From the NCBI GenBank assembly GCA_963780685.1, contig CAWACZ010000012.1:195238-259237 (forward strand): a stretch of DNA of 64,000 bases. The letters are read 5' to 3'. Both the position numbers and the translations under genes were made by a program. Position 1 is the first letter of the stretch. Each line of letters starts with the position of its first letter. Source of the stretch: an uncultured Acidobacteriota bacterium (GTDB lineage: Bacteria; Acidobacteriota; Vicinamibacteria; Vicinamibacterales; CAVVIG01). Of this stretch, positions 41,886 to 51,159 are shown one piece after another. The notes beneath the pieces are model-generated. The model saw only the letters and a list, made by a program, of their open reading frames with translations, did not search any database and was not told the origin of the DNA.

Positions 41886-42635
41886 ATGATTTTTCGACCT
41901 TTCTACTATTTCGACCTCGGCTGCGCCGCCTACCTCTTCGGCTGCGGCACGCTCGGCAAATGCGCAGTAGTAGACGCGCGCACCGACGACGTGGAGGCCT
42001 ATGCCGCTTTCGCGACCGCCAAGAACATGCACATTACGCACGTCATCGACACGCACGTCCATGCCGATCATCGATCGGGCGGGCCGGAGCTGGCCCGACG
42101 AACCGGAGCCAGCTACTGCCTGCACGAATCGGCGGACGTGAGGCTGCCATTCACGCCTCTGCAAGATGGACAACAGATCGAGTTGGGAAATACAAGGGTC
42201 ACCGTACTGCACACGCCGGGACATTCACCGGAAAGCATCTGCTTGGTCGTCACCGACCTCAGGCGAGGGCCAGCTCCCTGGTTTGTCCTGACGGGTGACA
42301 CGCTGTTTGTGGGAGCCGTCGGACGACCCGATCTTCCCGGCCATGCCGAGGAAAATGCCGGACAGCTGCACGCGAGTATTCACCAGAAGCTGCTGACCCT
42401 GCCCGGCGACGTGGAGATCTACCCGGGGCACTTCTCGGGCTCGGTGTGTGGCACCGGATTGAGCGGCAAACCGACGAGCACGATAGCGTTCGAACGACGC
42501 TGGAACCCGATGTTGTCGCTGGAGCAGAGCGCGTTCATTGCGGCACTCAGCGATGTACCGCCCAAACCCGAGGCCATGGAGCGCATCCTCGCGTCCAATC
42601 GTGGTCTTCGTGAGGAGACAGAGATCTCCGTATGA
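41886..42635 (+). CDS. MBL-fold hydrolase, ETHE1/persulfide dioxygenase-like
   Basis: IDTHVHADHRSGG, TPGHSPESICLVV, TGDTLFVGAVGRPDL, YPGH. Confidence 0.9.
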   Translation: MIFRPFYYFDLGCAAYLFGCGTLGKCAVVDARTDDVEAYAAFATAKNMHITHVIDTHVHADHRSGGPELARRTGASYCLHESADVRLPFTPLQDGQQIELGNTRVTVLHTPGHSPESICLVVTDLRRGPAPWFVLTGDTLFVGAVGRPDLPGHAEENAGQLHASIHQKLLTLPGDVEIYPGHFSGSVCGTGLSGKPTSTIAFERRWNPMLSLEQSAFIAALSDVPPKPEAMERILASNRGLREETEISV

Positions 42636-43912
42636 TCGACGCCGTGGCGGCTCCTATTCAGATCCGCCTTGGCCTGCGCGAGAACGCCGCGCAATTCGCG
42701 CTGCTGGTCCTCGTCAACGCATTCGTTGGCGCGATGGTCGGCCTCGAGCGCAGCCTTCTCCCCGCCATCGCCGAGCACGACTTTCAGCTGGCTGCACGTA
42801 CAGCCGCGCTCTCGTTCATCGTAGTCTTCGGTCTGACCAAGGCGGCGACCAACTACGTCGCCGGCCGCCTCGCCGACCGTCTCGGACGCAAACAGATACT
42901 CATTGCCGGCTGGCTGGTCGCAGTGCCCGTCCCGTTCCTGCTGATGTGGGCGCCGAGTTGGGCGTGGATTCTGGTTGCGAACGGGCTGCTGGGCGTCAGT
43001 CAGGGATTCACCTGGTCGACGACCGTCATCATGAAGATCGATCTGGTTGGTCCGGCTCGCCGCGGCCTGGCGATGGGACTGAACGAGTTCGCCGGCTACG
43101 TCGCCGTCGCCGCGGCTGCGTTCGCCACGGGTGTCATTGCGGCGCGCACCGGTCTGCGGCCGCAACCGTTCTATCTGGGCGTCGCGTTTGTCGCGTTGGG
43201 CCTCGTCCTCTCGGCACTCGTTCGAGAGACGGCGCCGCACGCCGCATTGGAGGCACAGCAGCGCGGTTCGGCCCCAAGCCGCCTCGGCGCCCGAGAAGTC
43301 TTCTGGCGCACGACAGTTTCTGATCGCGACTTGTCTGCAGTGAGCCAGGCGGGTCTGGTGAACAACCTCAATGACGGGATGGCCTGGGGGCTCTTCCCAC
43401 TCTTCTTCGCCGCGGCAAGCATGGACTTCGCGCAAATCGGAGTGCTCGCCGCCATCTATCCGCTGACGTGGGGCGTGGGCCAGCTTGTGACGGGGGCCCT
43501 TTCCGACATGATTGGCCGCAAATGGCTCATCACCGGCGGGATGTGGATTCAGGCCGCAGCGATTGGTCTCGTCAGCGTCTCGACGGGGTTCGCGGGTTGC
43601 GCGGTCGGCGCCATCTTGCTTGGCGCCGGTACGGCGATGGTTTATCCAACGCTGCTCGCAGCGATCGGCGATGTGGCGCACCCGTCATGGCGGGCATCGG
43701 CCGTGGGCGTGTACAGATTGTGGCGAGATCTCGGCTATGCGATCGGCGCACTGTTGGCCGGCATCTGCGCCGACTGGTTGGGGCTGGCCGGCGCGATGCG
43801 AGTCGTGGCTGCCGTGACGCTCATCTCCGGCCTGGTGGTCGCGATCCGAATGGAAGAAACGCTGTCGCTCGGGAACCTCGGACACGCAGAACCCCTGAAC
43901 CCTGAACCTTGA
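42632..43912 (+). CDS. MFS transporter
   Basis: 12-TM pattern; GLERSLLPAIAEHDF, GRLADRLGRKQILIAGWLVAVPVPFLLM; overlaps the MBL gene by 4 nt. Confidence 0.92.
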   Translation: MIDAVAAPIQIRLGLRENAAQFALLVLVNAFVGAMVGLERSLLPAIAEHDFQLAARTAALSFIVVFGLTKAATNYVAGRLADRLGRKQILIAGWLVAVPVPFLLMWAPSWAWILVANGLLGVSQGFTWSTTVIMKIDLVGPARRGLAMGLNEFAGYVAVAAAAFATGVIAARTGLRPQPFYLGVAFVALGLVLSALVRETAPHAALEAQQRGSAPSRLGAREVFWRTTVSDRDLSAVSQAGLVNNLNDGMAWGLFPLFFAAASMDFAQIGVLAAIYPLTWGVGQLVTGALSDMIGRKWLITGGMWIQAAAIGLVSVSTGFAGCAVGAILLGAGTAMVYPTLLAAIGDVAHPSWRASAVGVYRLWRDLGYAIGALLAGICADWLGLAGAMRVVAAVTLISGLVVAIRMEETLSLGNLGHAEPLNPEP

Positions 43913-43928
43913 ACCAGGAACCCGAGAG

Positions 43929-44230
43929 ATGCCCTGTTGCTCGACCTTCCAAGATGCAGCGGAACGGCAGTTCACCGAGAAGATTGCTCAACGAGATCTC
44001 ACCACCTATCGGCGGAACGGCGCGGGAGTCACGACTCGGCTGCTACGCGACGCGCTCGTCACGGCTGGGGCAACGAAACGGATCGCTCTTGGATGTCGGT
44101 GCCGGCATCGGCGCCCTGACGTTTGAGCTCCTCGAACTTGGCGTTGCGCGAGCGATCGCAGTCGAGGCTTCCGCGGCGTATGTAAGAGCGGCGTCCGAAG
44201 AGGCTGCGATCCCCGCAGTGGTACCGCCCG
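43929..44230 (+). pseudogene. SAM-dependent methyltransferase, truncated N-terminal half with one frameshift
   Basis: AERQFTEKIAQRDLTTYRRNGAGVTTRLLRDALVTAG; RNGSLLDVGAGIGALTFELLELGVARAIAVEASAAYVRAASEEA; downstream domain missing. Confidence 0.6.
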
Positions 44231-44338
44231 CCACCACCGCGGCCGGTCGCCCGGGCGTGCGGCGCGCGTCGGGGCCACCCGTAGCGGATCGGCCGGAAGC
44301 CTGGGGACGCGACCCGTGGAGCGGCGCGACGTGATCGG

Positions 44339-44887
44339 TCAACGAGGTGGTCGACGTCTGGCGACGCCGAGTTCGGCCAGCTTGGCTGCGACGGTCCGCC
44401 CGTGCGTCGCGGGGCTCACCTGTTTGTCGATATAGAGGATCCGGCCGTCGACGCCGATGTAGAAGGTCCAACGCGAAGCGAACGGTTGATCTTCATCAAC
44501 GACACCGTATGCCTTCGCGACGCTCTTGTCCGGATCGCTGAGCAGCGGATAGTCCACACCCAGGGACCGCGCGAAGGCCTGGTTGGCGTCCAGCTGGTCG
44601 ACGCTGGCGGCGAAATAGGCCACGTCGAACGCCCGAAAGTCGTCGCCACTCTCACGGAGTGACTTGCACTCGGCCGTTCAAGCGGGAGAGAACGCCTTCG
44701 CAAACCACGCGAGGACGACTGCCTGTTTCCCCTTGTAATCCGCAAGGGTGTACTGCTTCCCGTCAGACCCCCGCAGCGAGAACGAAGGGGCGACGTCACC
44801 CACCTTCAGTCCGCCTGCGGCAGTGACCGCTGTCGCCAACGCTACGGCCAAGGAAATCCAACCGGCCATCTTGGGTAAGACGCGCAT
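44339..44887 (-). CDS. exported peroxiredoxin/redoxin-domain protein, candidate selenoprotein: UGA at 44678-44680 read as Sec at the peroxidatic position
   Basis: signal peptide; VGDVAPSFSLRGSDGKQYTLADYKGKQAVVLAWFAKAFSPA-U-TAECKSLRESGDDFRAFDVAYFAASVDQLDANQAFARSLGVDYPLLSDPDKSVAKAYGVVDEDQPFASRWTFYIGVDGRILYIDK; both flanking ORFs are in the same frame. Confidence 0.88.
44645..44663 (-). promoter_or_regulatory. candidate bSECIS hairpin GUCACUC-CGUGA-GAGUGGC
   Basis: 7-bp stem (one G-U pair), loop CGUGA with G second and GU present, 22 nt between UGA and loop G. Confidence 0.7.
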
Positions 44888-44919
44888 GGGGCGTTACGAT
44901 ACCACTATCCGAGCTAGTC

Positions 44920-47588
44920 ATGTTAGTGGGGCCTGGCTCTCAAATTGGCGCCTATGAGGTGGTCGCTGCGATCGGCGCAGGCGGCATGGGCGAGGTGTAT
45001 CGCGCGCGCGATTCCAGGCTGAACCGCGACGTGGCGTTGAAGATCATCCGTCAGCCCCTGACCGACGCGGAGCACCTCGCCCGATTTCGCCGCGAAGCGC
45101 AGGTACTTGCCGCGCTCAATCACCCGCACGTCGCCAGCATTTACGAACTCGACGAAGCCGACGGCATGCTCTTCCTGGTGATGGAGCTCGTTCCCGGGCA
45201 GACGCTCGGCGATCTGCTGGCCAGCCGGCCCGCTCGATCTCTGGAAGTCACCGAAGCCCTCACAATCGCGCGGCAAATCGCCGAAGCCCTCGAAACAGCG
45301 CACGACAAGGGTATCGTCCACCGCGATCTCAAGCCAGCCAATATCAGGGTCACGCCGGACGGCGTCGTGAAGGTCCTGGACTTTGGTCTCGCGAAAGCGC
45401 TGTCGGGCGAGGCCGCCGAAGTGAATCTGACGAACTCGCCGACCCTTACCGTCGCTGCAACCAGTATCGGCATGATTCTCGGCACTGCGGGGTACATGTC
45501 TCCGGAACAGGCAAAGGGCCAGGTCGTCGACCGACGCACGGACGTCTTCGCATTTGGCTGCGTACTGTTACGAGATGCTCGCAGGACGGCCAGCGTTCAA
45601 GGGTGAGACGCTGGCGGAAATTCTGGCCGGCGTTCTGAAAACGGATCCGGATTGGAGTCGCCTGCCAGCCGGCACCTCGACGAACGTGACGCGCCTCCTG
45701 AACCGCTGTCTCCAAAAGGACATCAAGGCACGGCTGCGAGACATGGGCGATGCCCGGCTCGAGATCGAAGAGGCTCTCAATCGGCCTGCCATGACGACCG
45801 AGCTCGAGGCAAGCCCGACTGCCGCACGCAGCCTGCAAACGGAGTGGCCGCGGATGCTCGCGGTGGCGGCGGCGGGAGCGGTGGCGGGTGCGATTGCGAT
45901 GTGGAGCCTGAGGTCCGAGCCGCAGGTGCCAACGCTCCCCAGCGGACGCTTCGTCATTGCGCTGCCTGCGAACGAGAGACTCGCAGGGTTGGATTTTCCG
46001 TCGGTCGCGATCGCACCCGATGGATCGGTCATGGCGTACGTCGGGTCACGGAGCGGTCAATCACAGTTGTTCCTCCGGCCGATGAACGGCCTGGAGACAA
46101 CCGCCATTGACGGAACGACCAATGCGATTGCCCCGTTCTTCTCGCCGGACGGTCGATGGCTCGCGTTCTTTGCGGACGGCCAGCTCAAGAAAGTGCCGAC
46201 CGCGGGTGGGTCTCCGGTGACGCTCACCGAGGCGCGGGTCGGCGTCGGTGGCAGTTGGGGCGCCGGCGACACGATTGTGTTCGCAGCCGGAACGGGATCG
46301 GCACTTTCACGCGTGTCCGCCAATGGCGGCATGCCGGAGCGCGTGACGACCCTGGCGGCGGACAAAGGAGAGTTCAGCCATCGCTGGCCCGAGCTGCTGC
46401 CGGACGGCAAGACAGTCATCTACACCGTCGGTACCGCTCGGTCACTGGGACGACGCGCAGATCGTCGCGCAGAAGCTGGGCTCGCCAGAGCGTTCGGTGC
46501 TCGTGCAGGGCGGGACGAATCCTCGCTACCTCGCGTCAGGCCATCTGCTCTATGCGCGAGGCGGCGCAATCATGGCCGTGCCTTTCGATCCAGCCAGTCT
46601 CAAAACCTCAGGTACGCCCATCCGACTCCTGGAAAACGTCCTCCAATCGTTCGACGGCGCCGCACAACTGAGCGTGTCGCCATTGGGCACAGCGGTCTAC
46701 GTCACGGGTGAATTCGAATCGAACCGGCGGCGCCTCACAACCGTCGATCGCAGCGGCGTGGCCACGCCGTTTGCCGCTCCTCTTCAAGCTTACCGAGAGC
46801 CGCGACTGTCGCCCGACGGTCGAAAACTCCTGGTGACCATCGAAGGCTCGACCGAAGATCTCTGGGTCTACGACATGACCGCCGGGACGCTGAACCAGCT
46901 GACGTTCGGCGTCAACGCGGCCCTGCCAATTTGGACGCCCGATAGCCAACGCGTGACGTTCAGCTCGAACGCGGGCGGAACGCCAAATCTGTTTTGGACG
47001 ACGATCGGTCAGCAGAGGGCGGCGGAACGGTTGGCGACCAGCGACAACATCCAGTTGCCGGGGTCGTGGTCTCCCGACGGACGTACGCTGGCGTTCGTCG
47101 AACGACACCCCAGCACGGGCCGCGACATCTGGCTTCTGCGGCTGGACGAAGACCGCGAGGCCCGGCCGTTCCTCACTTCGCCATTCGACGAAAGCGCGCC
47201 GCGCTTCTCACCGGATGGCCGTTGGATCGCGCACGTCTCCAACGAATCAGGACGTGACGAAGTGTTCGTTCGGTCTGTGGCTGACTCCGGCCGCAAACTG
47301 CAGCTGTCGGACGGCGGTGGGACCGAGCCGGTCTGGGCGCGAGATGGAAGCGAGATCTTCTATCGTGTCGGCACCAGGCTGATGGCCCTGCTGATGGCCG
47401 ACGGCCGTCCGGCTCGCGGCGCGCAGCCCCGTCAGCTCTTCGAAGGCGAGTTCGAAAAAGGCTCGATGGATGCCGCCGACTACGACGTGACGCCGGACAA
47501 CCAACGCTTCGTGATGATCGGCGGCAGTGGCACATCGACCGATCACGCAACCATTCACGTCCTCATCAATTGGCGTCTTATTCCTTGA
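44920..47588 (+). CDS. Ser/Thr protein kinase with C-terminal TolB/WD40-like propeller; frameshifts near 45560 and 46450
   Basis: GAYEVVAAIGAGGMGEVYRARDSRLNRDVALKII; SPEQAKGQVVDRRTDVFAFG; later ISPDG repeats such as LSPDGRKLLVTIEGSTEDLWVYD. Confidence 0.93.
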
Positions 47589-47925
47589 CCTTTGCCTTAT
47601 ACGGAGAAGGCCCCTGGGGCCCCGGCGCGGTGTCGACCGCGCCAATCAGACTCTGCACCGTGGCCTCGCGCGGGTCGTAGGTCACGACCGCCTCGTGATT
47701 CTCGAGCGTCACCCGGGCGCGCGTGACGCCTTTGACCTCTAACAGTGCGGACCGCACTGCGGCAATGCAGCCCTCTCATATCATTCCGTCAACGACGAGC
47801 GTCACCGTCGCGGACGCCGAATCCGCCGTGGGCTCCTGTTGGGCCGGTGATTGACCGGCCCCGCATCCGGCAACCAGCAGCCCGACGAACACCAACAACT
47901 CTCGCCGTGAAGGTGGCAGTCTCAT
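47578..47925 (-). CDS. HMA-domain lipoprotein (MerP/CopZ-like), candidate selenoprotein: UGA at 47776-47778 read as Sec in the metal-binding motif; absent from ORF track
   Basis: MRLPPSRRELLVFVGLLVAGCGAGQSPAQQEPTADSASATVTLVVDGMI-U-EGCIAAVRSALLEVKGVTRARVTLENHEAVVTYDPREATVQSLIGAVDTAPGPQGPSPYKAKVKE*; lipobox LVAGC; GMxCxxC position occupied by GMI-U-EGC; start, UGA and TAA all in frame. Confidence 0.88.
47743..47759 (-). promoter_or_regulatory. candidate bSECIS hairpin CAGUGCG-GUC-CGCACUG
   Basis: 7-bp perfect stem plus one G-U extension, apical loop GUC starting with GU, 23 nt between UGA and loop G. Confidence 0.8.
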
Positions 47926-48051
47926 GGGGAGCCCTCCTGCGAAAACCGCCGACCGGACGATCGCTCCGGCGTGTCGTCCGTGATGGGGCTAATCCTACTC
48001 AATTCTCGCGACCTACAGGCGCATCGGCTTCAAAAGGATCGTCATTCACGC

Positions 48052-51000
48052 TCAGCCGCCGAGGCGGCCATATTTCAGGTAAAGAGTGGGCACGACGAAC
48101 ATGTTCAGTAACGTCGACGTCACTAGGCCGAATAGGATGACGATCGCCATCGGCGTCTGAATCTCACTACCCGCCCTGCCGCCGCCCACTGCCAGCGGAA
48201 TCAGCGCCAGTCCTGCGGCCATGGCGGTCATGACGATCGGAATGAGACGTTCGCACGTGCCCCGCTCGATAGCTTCGCGGAAGTCGGTCACGCCTTCCTG
48301 CTCCATCAGATGACGAACGTGCGAAACGAGCATGATGCCATTGCGCGTCGCAATCCCGAATAACGTGATGAAACCGATCATCGACGCCACGCTCAGGACG
48401 CCGCCCGACAGGTAAACGCCAACGACCCCGCCAATCAGCGCCAGTGGCAGGTTCACCATCACGAGGAGCGCGTCGCGCGCTTGCCCGAACGCGAGCACGA
48501 GCAGCATGAAGACTCCTACGACGACGCCTGCCCCGAGGACCAGCAGCCGACGTGACGCGCTTTGCTCGCTCTCGAACTGCCCGCCATATTCGACCCGATA
48601 GCCGGCCGGCAGCGAGACGGCAGCGGCAATCGTCGCTCGCATGTCCTCGACGACGCTCCCCAGGTCCCGGCCGGCGACGTTGCTCGAGATCACGATACGA
48701 CGCTGCACGTTTTCCCGCTGGATCATGTTCGGTCCGCGTTCCCGCCGGACATCGGCAAGCACTCGAATAGGGACCGGCCCGCTATTCGGTGTGTCGATGG
48801 GCAACCCTGCCAGACGGTCGAAATCGGCCTGCGCCGCTGGATCAAACTTCACCACGATGTCGAACGCCGTGGCTCGATCGAAGACGCGACCAACACGCGC
48901 TCCGGCAAAGCTCGTCTCTACCGCCTCGGCGACGTCATTGGGCCGCAGTCCGTAGCGGCCGATGGCCGTCCGATTCAGTACGAATCGCACGACCGGGACT
49001 TCTGTCTGCTGCTCCAGCGACACGTCGACGGCGCCCGGGATTCGAACCATGACATCCCGGACCTGCTCGCCGAGCCGTCGCAGCGTCAGCAAATCATCGC
49101 CAAAGATCTTCACCGCGATGTTGGCTCGCGTGCCCGACAGCATGTGGTCGATGCGATGCGAGATAGGCTGACCGATTGTCACGTTCGTGCCTGGGAGAGC
49201 CGAGAATCCCCGGCGGAGCTCCGCCAGCAACACCCCACGCGGGCGGCCGCCCTCCCGCAGTCCGACATCGATCTCGGCTGCTTCGACGCCCTGTACGTGT
49301 TCGTCATACTCGGCCCGGCCGGTACGGCGTGCGGTCGCCACGACCTCCGGCTGTGCCAGCAGGATCTGTTCGACACGGCGGCCAATCTCGTCCGATTTTG
49401 GAAGCGATGTACCCGGGAGTGTATTCGCCTGGACGGTCAACGACCCCTCATTGAATTCGGGAAGAAACGCGCTGCCCATGCGTGTCGTCGCCACGAGGGC
49501 GGCTGCCAGCAGGCTGCCCGCCACGACCACGATCAAACGCGGCCGATCGAGAGCCAGGGGCAGCGCTTTCGCAAACCGCGCCTTGAGCCACCGCGTCAGC
49601 CAGCCGTCGTGCCCCTGCAGGATCGACTTCGCGTTCGGCAAGAACGCGTAGGACAGCGCCGGTGTGACGATGATCGCCACACCCAGTGACGCCAGCAGCG
49701 CCACGATGTACGCGAATGCGAGCGGCGTCAGGAGCCGGCCTTCCACCCCGGACAGCCCGAAGACTGGCATGAATACGAGAACGATGATGACGGTCGCGAA
49801 CACAATCGAGGTCCGGATCTCGAGTGTCGCATCACACACGACGGCAGCAGCGGCCTGCTGCTCGCCCGGCGGCCTAACCGCGTTCTCGCGCAACCGTCGG
49901 ACTACGTTTTCCACATCGATGATCGCATCGTCGACCAACGCACCGATTGCGATGGCCATTCCTCCAAGCGTCATCGTGTTGATGGTCGCATCGAACGCCC
50001 GTAATACGAGAACGGCGGCGGCCAGCGACAACGGCATGGCGGTCAGCGTAATCGCCGCTGCCCGGAGGTTGGCGAGAAACAACACCACGATGAGGATGAC
50101 GAGCAGCGCGCCGTCGCGCAGGGCGTTGACGACGTTGTGGATCGCGACCTCGATGAAGTCAGCTTGCCGGAAGATGCGGCGATCGATCGTCATTCCGCGC
50201 GACAGCTCCCGTTGAATCGCATCGAGCTCGCGATCGAGTCGCGCGGTCAATTCAACAGTGTTGGCTCCTGGCTGTTTCTGTACGCCGACGATGACCGCGG
50301 GCTTCCCGTTGCGTGAACCCTCGCCCCGTTTCAGCGCACCACCTACGCGCACCTCGGCGATATCGCGGACCAACACCGAGCGGTCGCCGTGCAGTGTCAC
50401 GACGGTGTCGCCGATGTCGGCCGGCGTGCGCGCGCGCCCGATCGTCTCCAGCACGTACTCCTGCGGACCCTCCACATATATGCCAGCCGACGTGTTCTGG
50501 CTCGCGCCCCGCACGGCGTTCAGCAGCTCGTTGACACTGATGTTGTTGGCGCGGAGCTGATCTGGATGGACCACGACCTGAAACTGGCGTTCGGACCCGC
50601 CAATGGGTGTCACCTGCGACACACCGGCCACTGCGAGCAGCCGCCGTCGGACCAGGGTGTCCGCCATTGTGCGAAGAGTCAGCGGATCGTCAGCGTCCGA
50701 CGAAATCGCAAAAAACAGAATCTCGCCCATGATCGACGAGATTGGCGCCAGGATGGGCCGCTCGGCTTGTGGGGGGAGGCTACCGCCGACCAGCGCCAGC
50801 TTCTCGGCAACCACCTGACGCGCTCGAAAAATGTCGGTGCCCCAGTCGAATTCCACCCAGACGACCGCAATGCCAACGGCAGTTGCAGAGCGGACGCGCC
50901 GTACGTCGGACGCGCCGTTGATAGCGGCTTCGATCGGAAAGGTCACGAGCGTTTCCATCTCCTCGGGCGCCATGCCGCGTCCTTCGATGAGAATCGTGAC

Positions 51001-51135
51001 CGTCGGCGCCGTCAAATCAGGAAAGACGTCGACCGGCATGGCTCGGGCAGTCCACATACCAGCGCCGGCGAGCACGATCGACAGCGCCAGAACCATCCAG
51101 TGATGATCAATCGACCATTGGATCAGCTTTTTCAT
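48052..51135 (-). CDS. heavy-metal efflux RND permease (CusA/CzcA family)
   Basis: MKKLIQWSIDHHWMVLALSIVLAGAGMWTARAMPVDVFPDLTAPTVTI; IPLAVGGGRAGSEIQTPMAIVILFGLVTSTLLNMFVVPTLYLKYG. Confidence 0.93.
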   Translation of the reverse strand: MKKLIQWSIDHHWMVLALSIVLAGAGMWTARAMPVDVFPDLTAPTVTILIEGRGMAPEEMETLVTFPIEAAINGASDVRRVRSATAVGIAVVWVEFDWGTDIFRARQVVAEKLALVGGSLPPQAERPILAPISSIMGEILFFAISSDADDPLTLRTMADTLVRRRLLAVAGVSQVTPIGGSERQFQVVVHPDQLRANNISVNELLNAVRGASQNTSAGIYVEGPQEYVLETIGRARTPADIGDTVVTLHGDRSVLVRDIAEVRVGGALKRGEGSRNGKPAVIVGVQKQPGANTVELTARLDRELDAIQRELSRGMTIDRRIFRQADFIEVAIHNVVNALRDGALLVILIVVLFLANLRAAAITLTAMPLSLAAAVLVLRAFDATINTMTLGGMAIAIGALVDDAIIDVENVVRRLRENAVRPPGEQQAAAAVVCDATLEIRTSIVFATVIIVLVFMPVFGLSGVEGRLLTPLAFAYIVALLASLGVAIIVTPALSYAFLPNAKSILQGHDGWLTRWLKARFAKALPLALDRPRLIVVVAGSLLAAALVATTRMGSAFLPEFNEGSLTVQANTLPGTSLPKSDEIGRRVEQILLAQPEVVATARRTGRAEYDEHVQGVEAAEIDVGLREGGRPRGVLLAELRRGFSALPGTNVTIGQPISHRIDHMLSGTRANIAVKIFGDDLLTLRRLGEQVRDVMVRIPGAVDVSLEQQTEVPVVRFVLNRTAIGRYGLRPNDVAEAVETSFAGARVGRVFDRATAFDIVVKFDPAAQADFDRLAGLPIDTPNSGPVPIRVLADVRRERGPNMIQRENVQRRIVISSNVAGRDLGSVVEDMRATIAAAVSLPAGYRVEYGGQFESEQSASRRLLVLGAGVVVGVFMLLVLAFGQARDALLVMVNLPLALIGGVVGVYLSGGVLSVASMIGFITLFGIATRNGIMLVSHVRHLMEQEGVTDFREAIERGTCERLIPIVMTAMAAGLALIPLAVGGGRAGSEIQTPMAIVILFGLVTSTLLNMFVVPTLYLKYGRLGG

Positions 51136-51159
51136 TGATTACTCCGGGGCCCTGCCCAT

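Noticed and set aside
44339-44887. Two separate small peroxiredoxin-like ORFs as given in the track
   Set aside because: Both are in the same frame, separated by one TGA at the catalytic Cys position, and neither alone is a functional thioredoxin fold.
41173-47778. UGA reassigned to Trp or Gly (alternative genetic code) instead of selenocysteine
   Set aside because: Many genes in the window terminate at TGA exactly where their families end (for example 47586-47588), Trp is encoded by TGG throughout, and all three read-through UGAs align to Cys, not Trp or Gly.
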